Shown here piece by piece: positions 49,990 to 59,285 of a stretch of DNA of 64,000 nt (position 1 is its first letter; each line of letters begins with the position of its first letter). A program made the translations under genes and the position numbers. Source of the stretch: an uncultured Candidatus Rokubacteria bacterium. GTDB lineage: Bacteria > Methylomirabilota > Methylomirabilia > Rokubacteriales > DASRDR01. The DNA lies in contig CAWGVS010000012.1 in NCBI GenBank assembly GCA_963826115.1, positions 256,001 through 320,000 on the forward strand, written 5' to 3'. The notes under the pieces are model-generated. The model was not told the origin of the DNA. It did not search any database and was given only the letters and a program-made list of their open reading frames with translations.

Positions 49990-51792
49990 TCACGGCAGGT
50001 TCGCCCGCGCGACCTTCTCGAGGAACACGGCCTTCAGGACCTCGCGCGCGATCGGGGCCGCCACCTGGCCGCCCAGGCCGGCCCGCTCCGCGAACACGAC
50101 GACGACGACCTGCGGCTCCTCGAGCGGCGCGAATCCCGCGAACCAGGCGTGGTCCTGGTCCCGCCGCTTGCGCTCGGCGTCGCTCCGGAACTCGTGGGTC
50201 TGGGCGGTGCCGGTCTTGCCACCCACGGTCACGCCCGGCACCCGCGCCAGCTTCCCGGTGCCCTCCGCGACGACCGCGCCGAGCGCGTCGCGCAGGAACT
50301 CGAAGATGACGGGGGCCACGTCGACGCGCCCCTGGATCTGCGGGGCCTCCTCGCGGATCAGCCGGCCGTCCGCCGTCGCGACGCGCTCGACGAGACGGGG
50401 CTTCCAGAGGGTGCCGCCGTTGGCGACCGCGGACATGAAGCGCGCCACCTGCAGCGGGGTGACCGTGATGAGGCCCTGGCCGATCGCCAGGCTCACGGTG
50501 TCGCCGGGGTGCCACTTGTCGTGCAGCGTGTCCCGCTTCCACGCCGGGGACGGGACGAGGCCCGGCCGCTCGCCGGTGAGCCCGCTCTCCGTCACGCGCC
50601 CGAGCCCGAAGGCCTCGGCCATCTGGACGATCTTCTCCGGACCGAGCTTCAGGCCGAGCTGGTAGAAGAACGTGTTGCACGAGTACTGGAGCGCCTCGTG
50701 GAGCGTGAGGGCGCCCCGGTCGTGGTCCTCCCAGTTGTGATAGGGGCGGCCGCCGAACAGCCACTGCCGCGGGCACGACAGGCGGTCGAACGGCGTGATG
50801 GCCTGGGCCTGGAGCCCCGCCGCGGCGACGACGATCTTGAACAGCGAGCCCGGCGGATACACGCCCTGCACGGCGCGGTTCAGGAGCGGCCGCGTCGGAT
50901 CCTGCACCAGCGCGAGCCACGTCTCGCGGTCGAGCGGGCGCGAGAAGCGCTCGACGGGATACGCGGGGTGGGACGTCAGCGCCAGCACGTCGCCGTTGCG
51001 CGGGTCCATGACGACGATCGCCCCCGCGCGGGCGCCGAGCGCGTCCTCGGCCGCCTGCTGGATCCGCCGGTCGATCGTCGTCCACATGTGGGCGCCGGGC
51101 ACCGGCTCCCGCCGATCGAGGACGCGGATCAGCCGGCCGTAGGCGTCGACCTCGACCTCCTCGCCGCCGTCCCGCCCCCGGAGGTGCTCGTCGTGGAGCC
51201 GCTCGAGCCCGGTCTGCCCGACGAGGTCGCCCCGACGGGTCCCGTTCCGGCCGATGTCCTGGTCCGACGCCTCGCGAACGTAGCCGAGCAGATGCGCCGC
51301 AAACCGGACTCCCGGGTACGCGCGCTGGGGCTCGACCTCGACCGTCACGCCGGGCAGATCGAGCCGCCACTCCTCGACGCGCGCGACCTCCTCGAGGGTG
51401 AGCCCGCGCGACAGCCGGATCGGCCACGGGGAGTCCGACGACACGCGCGCCAGCCGATCGCGGAGCTCGCTCTCCGGCACCTGGAGCAGCCGGGCCAGCC
51501 GCTCGACCAAGGCGCCGAGGTCCGGGACGTCCCGCGGCACCACGACGAGGGTGAACGCGGGCCGGTTGTCGACCAGCGGGAGGCCGGTGCGGTCGAAGAG
51601 GATCCCGCGGGGCGCGGCGATGGGCCGGAGCCGGAGCCGGTTCCGATCGGAGAGGGCCGCCAGCCGCTCGCCGCTCAGGATCTGGAGGTTCGCCAGCTGC
51701 CCGCCGACCACGAGGAACGCAATCCCCAGCGCGATGGCCAGGAGCCGCAGCCGGAGCCGCGGCGCGACCGGCGCGGGGCGGGGCCGGATCAT
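49990..51792 (-). CDS. mrdA: Penicillin-binding protein 2
   Basis: APRG.I.DR, YPPGSLFK (SxxK), SCN, KTGTAQ. Confidence 0.93.
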   Translation of the reverse strand: MIRPRPAPVAPRLRLRLLAIALGIAFLVVGGQLANLQILSGERLAALSDRNRLRLRPIAAPRGILFDRTGLPLVDNRPAFTLVVVPRDVPDLGALVERLARLLQVPESELRDRLARVSSDSPWPIRLSRGLTLEEVARVEEWRLDLPGVTVEVEPQRAYPGVRFAAHLLGYVREASDQDIGRNGTRRGDLVGQTGLERLHDEHLRGRDGGEEVEVDAYGRLIRVLDRREPVPGAHMWTTIDRRIQQAAEDALGARAGAIVVMDPRNGDVLALTSHPAYPVERFSRPLDRETWLALVQDPTRPLLNRAVQGVYPPGSLFKIVVAAAGLQAQAITPFDRLSCPRQWLFGGRPYHNWEDHDRGALTLHEALQYSCNTFFYQLGLKLGPEKIVQMAEAFGLGRVTESGLTGERPGLVPSPAWKRDTLHDKWHPGDTVSLAIGQGLITVTPLQVARFMSAVANGGTLWKPRLVERVATADGRLIREEAPQIQGRVDVAPVIFEFLRDALGAVVAEGTGKLARVPGVTVGGKTGTAQTHEFRSDAERKRRDQDHAWFAGFAPLEEPQVVVVVFAERAGLGGQVAAPIAREVLKAVFLEKVARANLP

Positions 51793-52271
51793 CGCCGGGT
51801 CAGGAGCCGGCCCGCCGGCAGGGCCAGGGCGGCCGCCGCCACGATGCCGTTGTACCCCGCCTGGGGGACGATGACGCGCGTGAAGATCTCACCGAGCGGC
51901 GCCGGATAGTGGAAGAGCTGGAGCAGGCCGAAGCGCATCAGCCCGTCGATGATCGTGGCCAGGATGGCGACGCCGATCGGAATGGCCGGCCGCGTCACGA
52001 GGACCCAACGCGGCAGGTCTCCGGCGACGAAGCCGAGCAGCGCCTTGGACAGCGCATGGAGCCCCAGGGGCCCACCGGCTACGGCGTCCTGCGCGAGGCC
52101 GAGCGCGAAGCCGGTGAGGCACCCCGCTTCCGCGCCGTACCGGAGCGCCAGGAGCACCGTGAGGATCACCGGCACGTCGGGCACGATGCCACCGACGCCG
52201 ACGACGGGCACCACCGTGCACTGGACGAGCGCCCCCCCGCTGACGGCGAGCACATAGAGAGGGAAGCGCAC
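51789..52271 (-). CDS. mreD: Rod shape-determining protein MreD
   Basis: Hydrophobic; PD, GF..GL..D, G...L; operon position. Confidence 0.85.
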   Translation of the reverse strand: MRFPLYVLAVSGGALVQCTVVPVVGVGGIVPDVPVILTVLLALRYGAEAGCLTGFALGLAQDAVAGGPLGLHALSKALLGFVAGDLPRWVLVTRPAIPIGVAILATIIDGLMRFGLLQLFHYPAPLGEIFTRVIVPQAGYNGIVAAAALALPAGRLLTRR

Positions 52272-52274
52272 GGC

Positions 52275-53126
52275 TCAGGACTCGGGGAACGCGGGGGCCA
52301 GATCGCCGCCGCCGGCCCCCCGCGGGAGCACGAGGAGCTCCTCGACGCTCGTGAGATCCACGGCCGGCTCGAGCTCCGCCGTGCGGAAGAGCCCGGTGGG
52401 CGCGTACACGCGCAACACTCGCCCGAGGGGTAGCCCCTTCGGGAAGAGCTCGCCGACTCCGGACGTCACCACGAGGTCGCCCGGCTGGAGCGGGTCCTCG
52501 CTCACGGCCAGCTTGATCCGGAGCCGCCCGCCGGCGACGCCCTCGACCAGGCCCTGGGCCCGGGTCCGGAGCACCGCGCCGCCGATGCTCGAGGCGGGAT
52601 CGGTGAGCACCTGCACCACCGCGGACTGCCGGCGGGCCACCGCGACGCGCCCGACGACCCCGCTCGTCACGATGACGGCCGCCAGGCGCTCCACGCCGTC
52701 GGCGCGGCCGCGGTCGATGGTGAGGCCGCGGGTGAACCCGTTCCAGTCGCGCGCCACGACCTCCGCGCCGAGCGTCCGCTCGGGCAGCCGCTCCCGGAGC
52801 GTCGCCAGCGTGCGGAGCCGGAGGTTCTCGGCCTCGAGCGCCTCCTGGCGAAGCTGGCGGAGTCGGAGGGCGACGGTCTCGGCCCGGAGGCGCGCCACCT
52901 CGGCGCGCAGGTGCTTCCAGTCGAGGTACCCGGCCCACAGTCCGGCCGCGCTCCGGTGCACGCGCGCGAACGCCATCTGGGCGGGCGCCGTGACCGTGGC
53001 GATGCCCTCGGCAAGCCACAGCCCTTCCCCGGGGCGGGTCTGCTGGGCGGTGAGGAGGGCCACAGCCGCCACCACGACGAGCCCCAGGACCGAGTACTTC
53101 CGGTAGCGGACCAGCAAGTCAAACAC
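52275..53126 (-). CDS. mreC: Rod shape-determining protein MreC
   Basis: EN.RLR, IDRG..DGV, GVVGRV, VVTSG....FPKG. Confidence 0.9.
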   Translation of the reverse strand: MFDLLVRYRKYSVLGLVVVAAVALLTAQQTRPGEGLWLAEGIATVTAPAQMAFARVHRSAAGLWAGYLDWKHLRAEVARLRAETVALRLRQLRQEALEAENLRLRTLATLRERLPERTLGAEVVARDWNGFTRGLTIDRGRADGVERLAAVIVTSGVVGRVAVARRQSAVVQVLTDPASSIGGAVLRTRAQGLVEGVAGGRLRIKLAVSEDPLQPGDLVVTSGVGELFPKGLPLGRVLRVYAPTGLFRTAELEPAVDLTSVEELLVLPRGAGGGDLAPAFPES

Positions 53127-53145
53127 GCCGGACCCTCCGGAGCGA

Positions 53146-54177
<1,032 letters not shown>

Positions 54178-54442
54178 CTAACCATCGCCTCCTGGGACGG
54201 ACTCAACGTCGGCTTCGACGATAGCACAACGCCGTTCGGGGGACCAAGTCTGGTTCTCAAGATATTTTCGCCTGTGTCCACCATAGGTTACACCCCTCAT
54301 CCGGGGGGTCATGCCTGGTCTCGACGGCGGAGAGCCACAAGGTGGGCCTCGCCTGACCCGGTCACGGGGCCCGCTTGACACCCCGCGCACCGTGCGCCCA
54401 TCCTCGGCCGGCGCCGGCCCACGCCCGGCGCTGCGCCGCACG

Positions 54443-54925
54443 ATGGAGCCCGACGCCGCTCGCCAGGCCGAAGAGTTCTTCCGCGCCGGTCACGCCGCGC
54501 ATCTGCGCGGCGACCTGGACGACGCGATCGAACTCTACCACCGGTCTCTCGCCTGCGTGCCCACCGCGGAGGCCCACACGTTTCTCGGCTGGTCCCTGTC
54601 CGCGAAGGGAGACTACGAGGGGGCCATCCGGGAGTGCCACCGGGCGATCGCGATCGATCCGGACTTCGGGAACCCCTACAACGACATCGGCTCCTACCTG
54701 ATCGCGCTGGGCCGGCCCATCGACGCGGTCCCGTGGCTCCGGAAGGCGATGAGCGCAGGGCGCTACGAGCCCCGGCACTATCCGCACGTGAATCTCGCCC
54801 GCGTCTACGTGAAGCTCGGACACATCGACGCGGCCATCGCCCAGCTGCGCGTGGCGCTGGCGATCACGCCTCAGTACCGGCCGGCTCGCACCGAGCTCCA
54901 CCGTCTGCTCGGCCTGCTGAACTGA
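54443..54925 (+). CDS. Tetratricopeptide repeat protein
   Basis: AEAHTFLGW, AI..DP.FGNPYNDIG; TTGACA-N18-CATCCT promoter candidate at 54375-54404. Confidence 0.85.
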   Translation: MEPDAARQAEEFFRAGHAAHLRGDLDDAIELYHRSLACVPTAEAHTFLGWSLSAKGDYEGAIRECHRAIAIDPDFGNPYNDIGSYLIALGRPIDAVPWLRKAMSAGRYEPRHYPHVNLARVYVKLGHIDAAIAQLRVALAITPQYRPARTELHRLLGLLN

Positions 54926-54949
54926 ACTGAGCGCGCGGGACGCGCCGGG

Positions 54950-55302
54950 CCAGAAAATAAGGAGCCCCGAGGGAGTCTGCGGCCCACTGCCGCGTCCGGC
55001 GCAGGCCGCCCCGCAGGTGAGGTCGCGGGACCCTCGGGGCCGGTGGTGCCTGGATCCTCCCAGGCGAGCCACCCTCGCTACTTAACGGGTGCGCACGACC
55101 TAGGAGGTCACCACCTCACAACTCACCGGTTGACTGCCACTCACGGCTGGACCACCTCCTTTCTCGGCGCACCCACCACGCGGGTCCAAGCACCCGCCAC
55201 CGAGAACCGGCCGCCGATTGCCGGCCCGCGGCTCGATCCGCTCCGCCCGGCTCTTCCGTCGGGTTCGGCGCGCGAGGGGGCTGTGTAAACCCCGATCGAC
55301 TC
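54950..55302 (-). ncRNA. Candidate structured RNA containing a 16S rRNA 3'-end-complementary segment and a short ORF (no family recognised)
   Basis: Intergenic; upstream promoter; at least 7 pairing elements; ends in a 10-bp closing stem followed by TCCTTATTTTCT. Confidence 0.55.
55100..55144 (-). CDS. Putative 14-aa peptide MSGSQPVSCEVVTS
   Basis: GTG 9 nt after AGAAAGGAGGT, TAG stop at 55102-55100. Confidence 0.45.
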   Translation of the reverse strand: MSGSQPVSCEVVTS

Positions 55303-55308
55303 GCGGAC

Positions 55309-55338
55309 ATCCTACGCTCGGCCCGGAAAGATTGTCTA
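55309..55338 (-). promoter_or_regulatory. Sigma-70-type promoter for the candidate RNA
   Basis: TAGACA-N18-TAGGAT, overlapping the HNH stop codon. Confidence 0.55.
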
Positions 55339-55659
55339 CGGGATTCTGTCCGCCTCATCCGCCAGGCGCTCGAGGTAGGCGGCCCACTCGACGGGGAGCA
55401 GGTACTTCTTCGCGGCGTTGCACGCGCGGCACGCGGGCACGAGGTTCGACCGGACGGAACGCCCGCCCCGGACCAGCGGGACGCGATGATCCATCGTGAG
55501 CTCCCGCGCCGGCGTGGGCTGTCCGCAGTACTCGCATCGTTCCCGGCCCAGTCGGCGCTTCCACCAGGCGCTCGCTCGGATCTCGCGGGCCCGGGCCTTC
55601 TCGCGCCGGACCTCCTCCGCGGTGACCGGGCTGACGAAGCCGCCCGCGGGCGGCGTCAG
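55336..55659 (-). CDS. Small HNH endonuclease; probable CTG start
   Basis: WW....C.YC....LTMDH.VP..RGG.S...N.V.AC..CN..K; CTG overlaps the upstream TGA. Confidence 0.85.
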   Translation of the reverse strand: MTPPAGGFVSPVTAEEVRREKARAREIRASAWWKRRLGRERCEYCGQPTPARELTMDHRVPLVRGGRSVRSNLVPACRACNAAKKYLLPVEWAAYLERLADEADRIP

Positions 55660-56282
55660 CGCGTCAGGACTCGCGCCAGGAGGTCGGACGGGTGGTAGTT
55701 CGTCGCGGGGTTCCATTGCTGGGGGCAGGCCGAGACCACGGCCAGGCAGTCCACGAACGCGCGCAGCAGTACCCAGTCCCCCGCCTCGGTCCGGGGCGGG
55801 CCGAACGTCACGCGCCCGTCCGGGCGCACGGCGACGTTCATGAAGAAGTTCACGGGTTGCGGGACGATCGGACAGCTCGCGCCGAGAGTCCGCAGGGCCG
55901 CGTGGAAGTTCTCGGCGCACGAGGCGTGTCCGGGGACGTGGTACTGCGCGTAGCGGGCCGGGTCGCAGGCCGCGAAGAGCATGTCGTGGACGCCGGGCGT
56001 CCGGTCCTCCTCGAACTGAAGCAGGGGCCGCCGGAGGCTCGAGAAGAACGACTGGCCGACCTCGGGGAACAGCCGGTCGATCTGGACGCGCGTGTGGGAC
56101 GCCGAGAGGTACTCGGCGGGATTCGCGGCGGCGAGCGTGAAGAAGTCCGCGCACCCGCGCCCCTCCACGTCCACGATCTGGACGTACTCGCCGGCCGCCA
56201 CTCGCAGTCCCACGCCGGTCCCGGCGGGGATGGAGAACTCTCGGCCGATCTTCAGGGCGTCGGCGCGCGCCGGATGGCCCAC
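55656..56282 (-). CDS. DUF1989 / urea carboxylase-associated family protein
   Basis: D.EG...ADF, HD....C....Y, C..N, N.FMNV, SACPQ. Confidence 0.85.
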   Translation of the reverse strand: MGHPARADALKIGREFSIPAGTGVGLRVAAGEYVQIVDVEGRGCADFFTLAAANPAEYLSASHTRVQIDRLFPEVGQSFFSSLRRPLLQFEEDRTPGVHDMLFAACDPARYAQYHVPGHASCAENFHAALRTLGASCPIVPQPVNFFMNVAVRPDGRVTFGPPRTEAGDWVLLRAFVDCLAVVSACPQQWNPATNYHPSDLLARVLTR

Positions 56283-56307
56283 GATGCCCTCCCCGTCCCG
56301 CGGGGGA

Positions 56308-57846
56308 TCAGGACGCCGGGCGCGCCGGGCGCTTCTCGAGCGCCAGGTCCTGGGCCCGCCCCGCCGGGACCAGGAACGCCGAGAGGAGCGCCAAGGACGC
56401 GATCCCGAGACCGACGAGGAACACGGCGTGCAGCGCGTTGGCGAGTCCCTGGCTGAACGCGCTCAGCACCGCCGGCGGGAGCGCGCTCCGGAGGGTCGGC
56501 TCGATCAGCGCGTCCGGGTGCGCGATGAGCGCTTCGAGCTGGGTCCGGGCGGGGCCGTCGAGCCCCCCCAGCACGGTCCGGAGCTGCCGGCCAAGCTCGG
56601 CGGACAGCACGGCGCCCATCACGGCCACGCCGACGGCCCCCCCGATCGACCGGAAGAAGGTGGTCGCGGAGGTCGCCGCGCCGAGATCCGCCTTGGGCAC
56701 CGCGTTCTGCACCGCCAGGAGGAGCGGCACCATGATGAGCCCCATCCCCATGCCCGCCAGCAGCATGTTCCGCCACGTGGCGGCCTGGGTCGTGCTGAGC
56801 CCCATGTGGCTCATGAGCAGGAACGCGACCGCGAGGCACATCATCCCGCCGACGACCGGCCAGCGGTAGCCGACGCGGAGCAGAAGCCGCGCCGACACGA
56901 CGGAGAAGGTCACCCACCCGAGGACGAACGGGGTCAGCGCTGTTCCCGCCTCCGTCGCCGTGCCGCCGAGCACGCCCTGGACGAAGAGGGGAATGAAGGA
57001 GATGGTGCCGAACATCGCCATGCCCGCCAGGAACCCGGTGACGGCCGCCGCCCGGAACATGCGGTTGGCGAACAGCCGGAGCGGCAGGAGAGGCTCCGGG
57101 GCGTGGCGCTCCCAGCGGGCGAACTCGACGAGCAGCCCCACCGAGAGGGCGGCCAGCACGGCGTGGCCGAGTCCGAACCGTCCCGCCCGGCCGCCCTCCA
57201 CGAGCGCGGCGAGGAGGCCCGCCAGGCCGGCGGTCAGCAGCGCGGCGCCGCGGAAGTCGACCTTCACCCCGCGCCGCGGGCGGTCGGTCCCGGCCAGCGC
57301 GACCCAGAGGATCGCGCCGGCGAGGAGCCCGAACGGGATGTTGACGAAGAACACCCAGTGCCAGGACAGCCGGTCGGTCAGGAAGCCGCCGATGAGCGGC
57401 CCGACGATCGACGCGAGTCCCCACGTGGCCGAGAAGTACCCCTGCATGCGCGCGCGCTGCTCGAGGCCGTAGAGGTCCGCGATGATCGTCATGCCGAGCG
57501 GGATGAGCGCCCCGCCGCCCAGCCCCTGGAGCGTCCGGCAAGCGATCAGGAACGCCATCGACGTCGAGAGGCCCGAGAGGACCGACCCGACGAGGAAGAT
57601 CGTGAGCCCCGAGAGGTACACGCTCCGGCGCCCGTAGAGGTCCGCGAACCGCCCCCAGAGCGGCATCGAGATGGTCGCGGCGAGGATGTACGCCGAGAAC
57701 ACCCACGAGTAGATGGCGAGGCCCCCGAGGCTCGCGATCACCGTCGGCATCGCGGTCGCGACGGCGGTCGACTCCATGGCGCCGAGGAAGAGCCCCAGCA
57801 TGACGCCCGAGACGACGAGCCCGCGGCGCGGCGGGGCCGCGGTCAT
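56308..57846 (-). CDS. MFS drug-resistance transporter (DHA2/EmrB-QacA family)
   Basis: TAMPT, W..S.Y, G..ADLYGRR, R.LQG.GGG, GP..GG, W.W.F..N.P.G, EP.LP..LF. Confidence 0.9.
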   Translation of the reverse strand: MTAAPPRRGLVVSGVMLGLFLGAMESTAVATAMPTVIASLGGLAIYSWVFSAYILAATISMPLWGRFADLYGRRSVYLSGLTIFLVGSVLSGLSTSMAFLIACRTLQGLGGGALIPLGMTIIADLYGLEQRARMQGYFSATWGLASIVGPLIGGFLTDRLSWHWVFFVNIPFGLLAGAILWVALAGTDRPRRGVKVDFRGAALLTAGLAGLLAALVEGGRAGRFGLGHAVLAALSVGLLVEFARWERHAPEPLLPLRLFANRMFRAAAVTGFLAGMAMFGTISFIPLFVQGVLGGTATEAGTALTPFVLGWVTFSVVSARLLLRVGYRWPVVGGMMCLAVAFLLMSHMGLSTTQAATWRNMLLAGMGMGLIMVPLLLAVQNAVPKADLGAATSATTFFRSIGGAVGVAVMGAVLSAELGRQLRTVLGGLDGPARTQLEALIAHPDALIEPTLRSALPPAVLSAFSQGLANALHAVFLVGLGIASLALLSAFLVPAGRAQDLALEKRPARPAS

Positions 57847-58163
57847 GCGTCGGCCCCTCGCCGCGTGGTGGCGCACTGGGCGCAGGGACACCGGCCGCGC
57901 AGCTCGACGTAGGGGATCGTCGACGCGTGATCGTCCTGCCACTGGACGCGGAGCGCCGACGGCTCGCGCCGGATCTCCGTCGGCCAGGCCTCCCCGGCCG
58001 GCGGACAGGCGCCGCACGGGCACGCCGCGCGCAGCATGGTGAACGGGTAGATGCTCCCGTGCCGGTCCTGCCAGGTCACGCCGAGCGCGTAGCGCCCCAC
58101 GAGGGACACGGCGTCGGGGCGATTCGGGTCGGCGCCGACCAGCGGGAGGAGCGAGCGGGCCAT
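57843..58163 (-). CDS. Tandem DUF971 (GBBH-N-like metal-binding) protein
   Basis: Two copies of W.D.H.S..P...LR..CPC..C; VGRYAL. Confidence 0.75.
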   Translation of the reverse strand: MARSLLPLVGADPNRPDAVSLVGRYALGVTWQDRHGSIYPFTMLRAACPCGACPPAGEAWPTEIRREPSALRVQWQDDHASTIPYVELRGRCPCAQCATTRRGADA

Positions 58164-58174
58164 GGGAGGCTCCG

Positions 58175-59146
58175 TCAGGCGCCGCGGGCCGCCGACGCCG
58201 GCGCGGCGCTCTGGCGGACCCGGGCGTGCGCCGCGAGGAGGTAGTGCGTCGCGAGGCTCCGGTGCGGGCGCCACGCTTTGGCGCGGCGTCGGACCGCGGC
58301 CGCGTCCCGCTCGCGGCCGCGGAAGCAGAGGACCTCGATGGCGCGCCGGACGCCGAGGTCGTCCGCGGGGCAGATGTCGGGCCGTCCGAGCCCGCGCGCC
58401 AGGAACCACTCGGCGGACCAGCGGCCCAGCCCACGGACCGCCGTCAGCCGCGTCACGACGACTTCGTCGGGCGCGGCGGCGAGCGCCGCCGGGTCGAGCC
58501 GGCCGTCCGCGAGCTCCCGGGCCAGTCCCACGATGTACTCGGCCTTGCGTTGCGAGAACTGCATGGCGCGCAGCTCCGCGGGCGGCGCCGCCGCCAGCGC
58601 GGCCGGCGCGGGGAACGCGTGGACCGTCACACCCTCGAACTCGAGCGGCGTCCCGTAGCGGCGCACGAGGCGCGCCCGCGTCGCGAAGGCGAACGCGAGG
58701 TTCACCTGCTGGGCGCTGATCGCACCCACCAGCATCTCGAACGGGTCCGGCGCGAGCGTGGGGCGCAGACCGAACAGCCCGCCCGTCGGCCGGACCAGCG
58801 GCGCGAGCACCGGATCGGCGGCCGCGGCCGCGTAGAACGCGCGGAGGTCCCATCCCTCGCCCAGGAGCCGCGCCGCTTCGTGCCGGAGGGCGGCGCGCCG
58901 CGCCGGCGTGTCCGGCCCCGCAAAGGCCAGCGTCGCCCGCGGCTGCGCGGGCGGGCCCGTAACCGTCAGGCGGAACGGGACCAGCCGGCCATCGACGCGG
59001 GCGACCCGGTGGAGCGTCCCATCACGATAGGGGCTGGCCGGGTCCGGGCCCCAGCGTCCGTAGCGCTCGAGGGTCTGGTGCGCGTTGAGCGGAGCCCGTG
59101 GTCGGAACGCGAAAACTGCCCGTCCGCTTCGTGAAGGCGCCAGCAT
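58175..59146 (-). CDS. alkA: DNA-3-methyladenine glycosylase II (AlkA family)
   Basis: FE.LV.AI..QQV, FP.P..LA, RKAEY, HhH RG.G.WSAE, P.DD.G, W.P.RS.A. Confidence 0.9.
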   Translation of the reverse strand: MLAPSRSGRAVFAFRPRAPLNAHQTLERYGRWGPDPASPYRDGTLHRVARVDGRLVPFRLTVTGPPAQPRATLAFAGPDTPARRAALRHEAARLLGEGWDLRAFYAAAAADPVLAPLVRPTGGLFGLRPTLAPDPFEMLVGAISAQQVNLAFAFATRARLVRRYGTPLEFEGVTVHAFPAPAALAAAPPAELRAMQFSQRKAEYIVGLARELADGRLDPAALAAAPDEVVVTRLTAVRGLGRWSAEWFLARGLGRPDICPADDLGVRRAIEVLCFRGRERDAAAVRRRAKAWRPHRSLATHYLLAAHARVRQSAAPASAARGA

Positions 59147-59285
59147 CGTGTTGTTCAGAGGGCCGAGCCGCCGAGGGGTGGTCCGGGCTCGACGGAAGTC
59201 GAGTCTAGCACAGGGGCGGGGCCTCGACAGCCGCCGCCCGCCGGCGATGCGGCGATCCCGCCCGCGCCCGGCATCGCGACCCGCT

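Noticed and set aside
55144-55164. 16S rRNA gene fragment
   Set aside because: Only 21 nt match; the upstream h44/h45 sequence (GTAACAAGGTAGCCGTA...GGAA) is absent, so this is not an rRNA gene
54950-55302. tmRNA, RNase P, 6S or SRP RNA
   Set aside because: No GGGG 5'/T-loop/CCA tRNA-like ends or Ala-Ala tag, no GAGGAAAGTCC, no single long 6S rod, no SRP GGAA domain recognised
55336-55659. HNH as a homing endonuclease or defence/CRISPR effector paired with the RNA
   Set aside because: Small stand-alone HNH with no RuvC, intron, repeat array or IS ends. A functional link to the adjacent RNA is unsupported without a synteny survey
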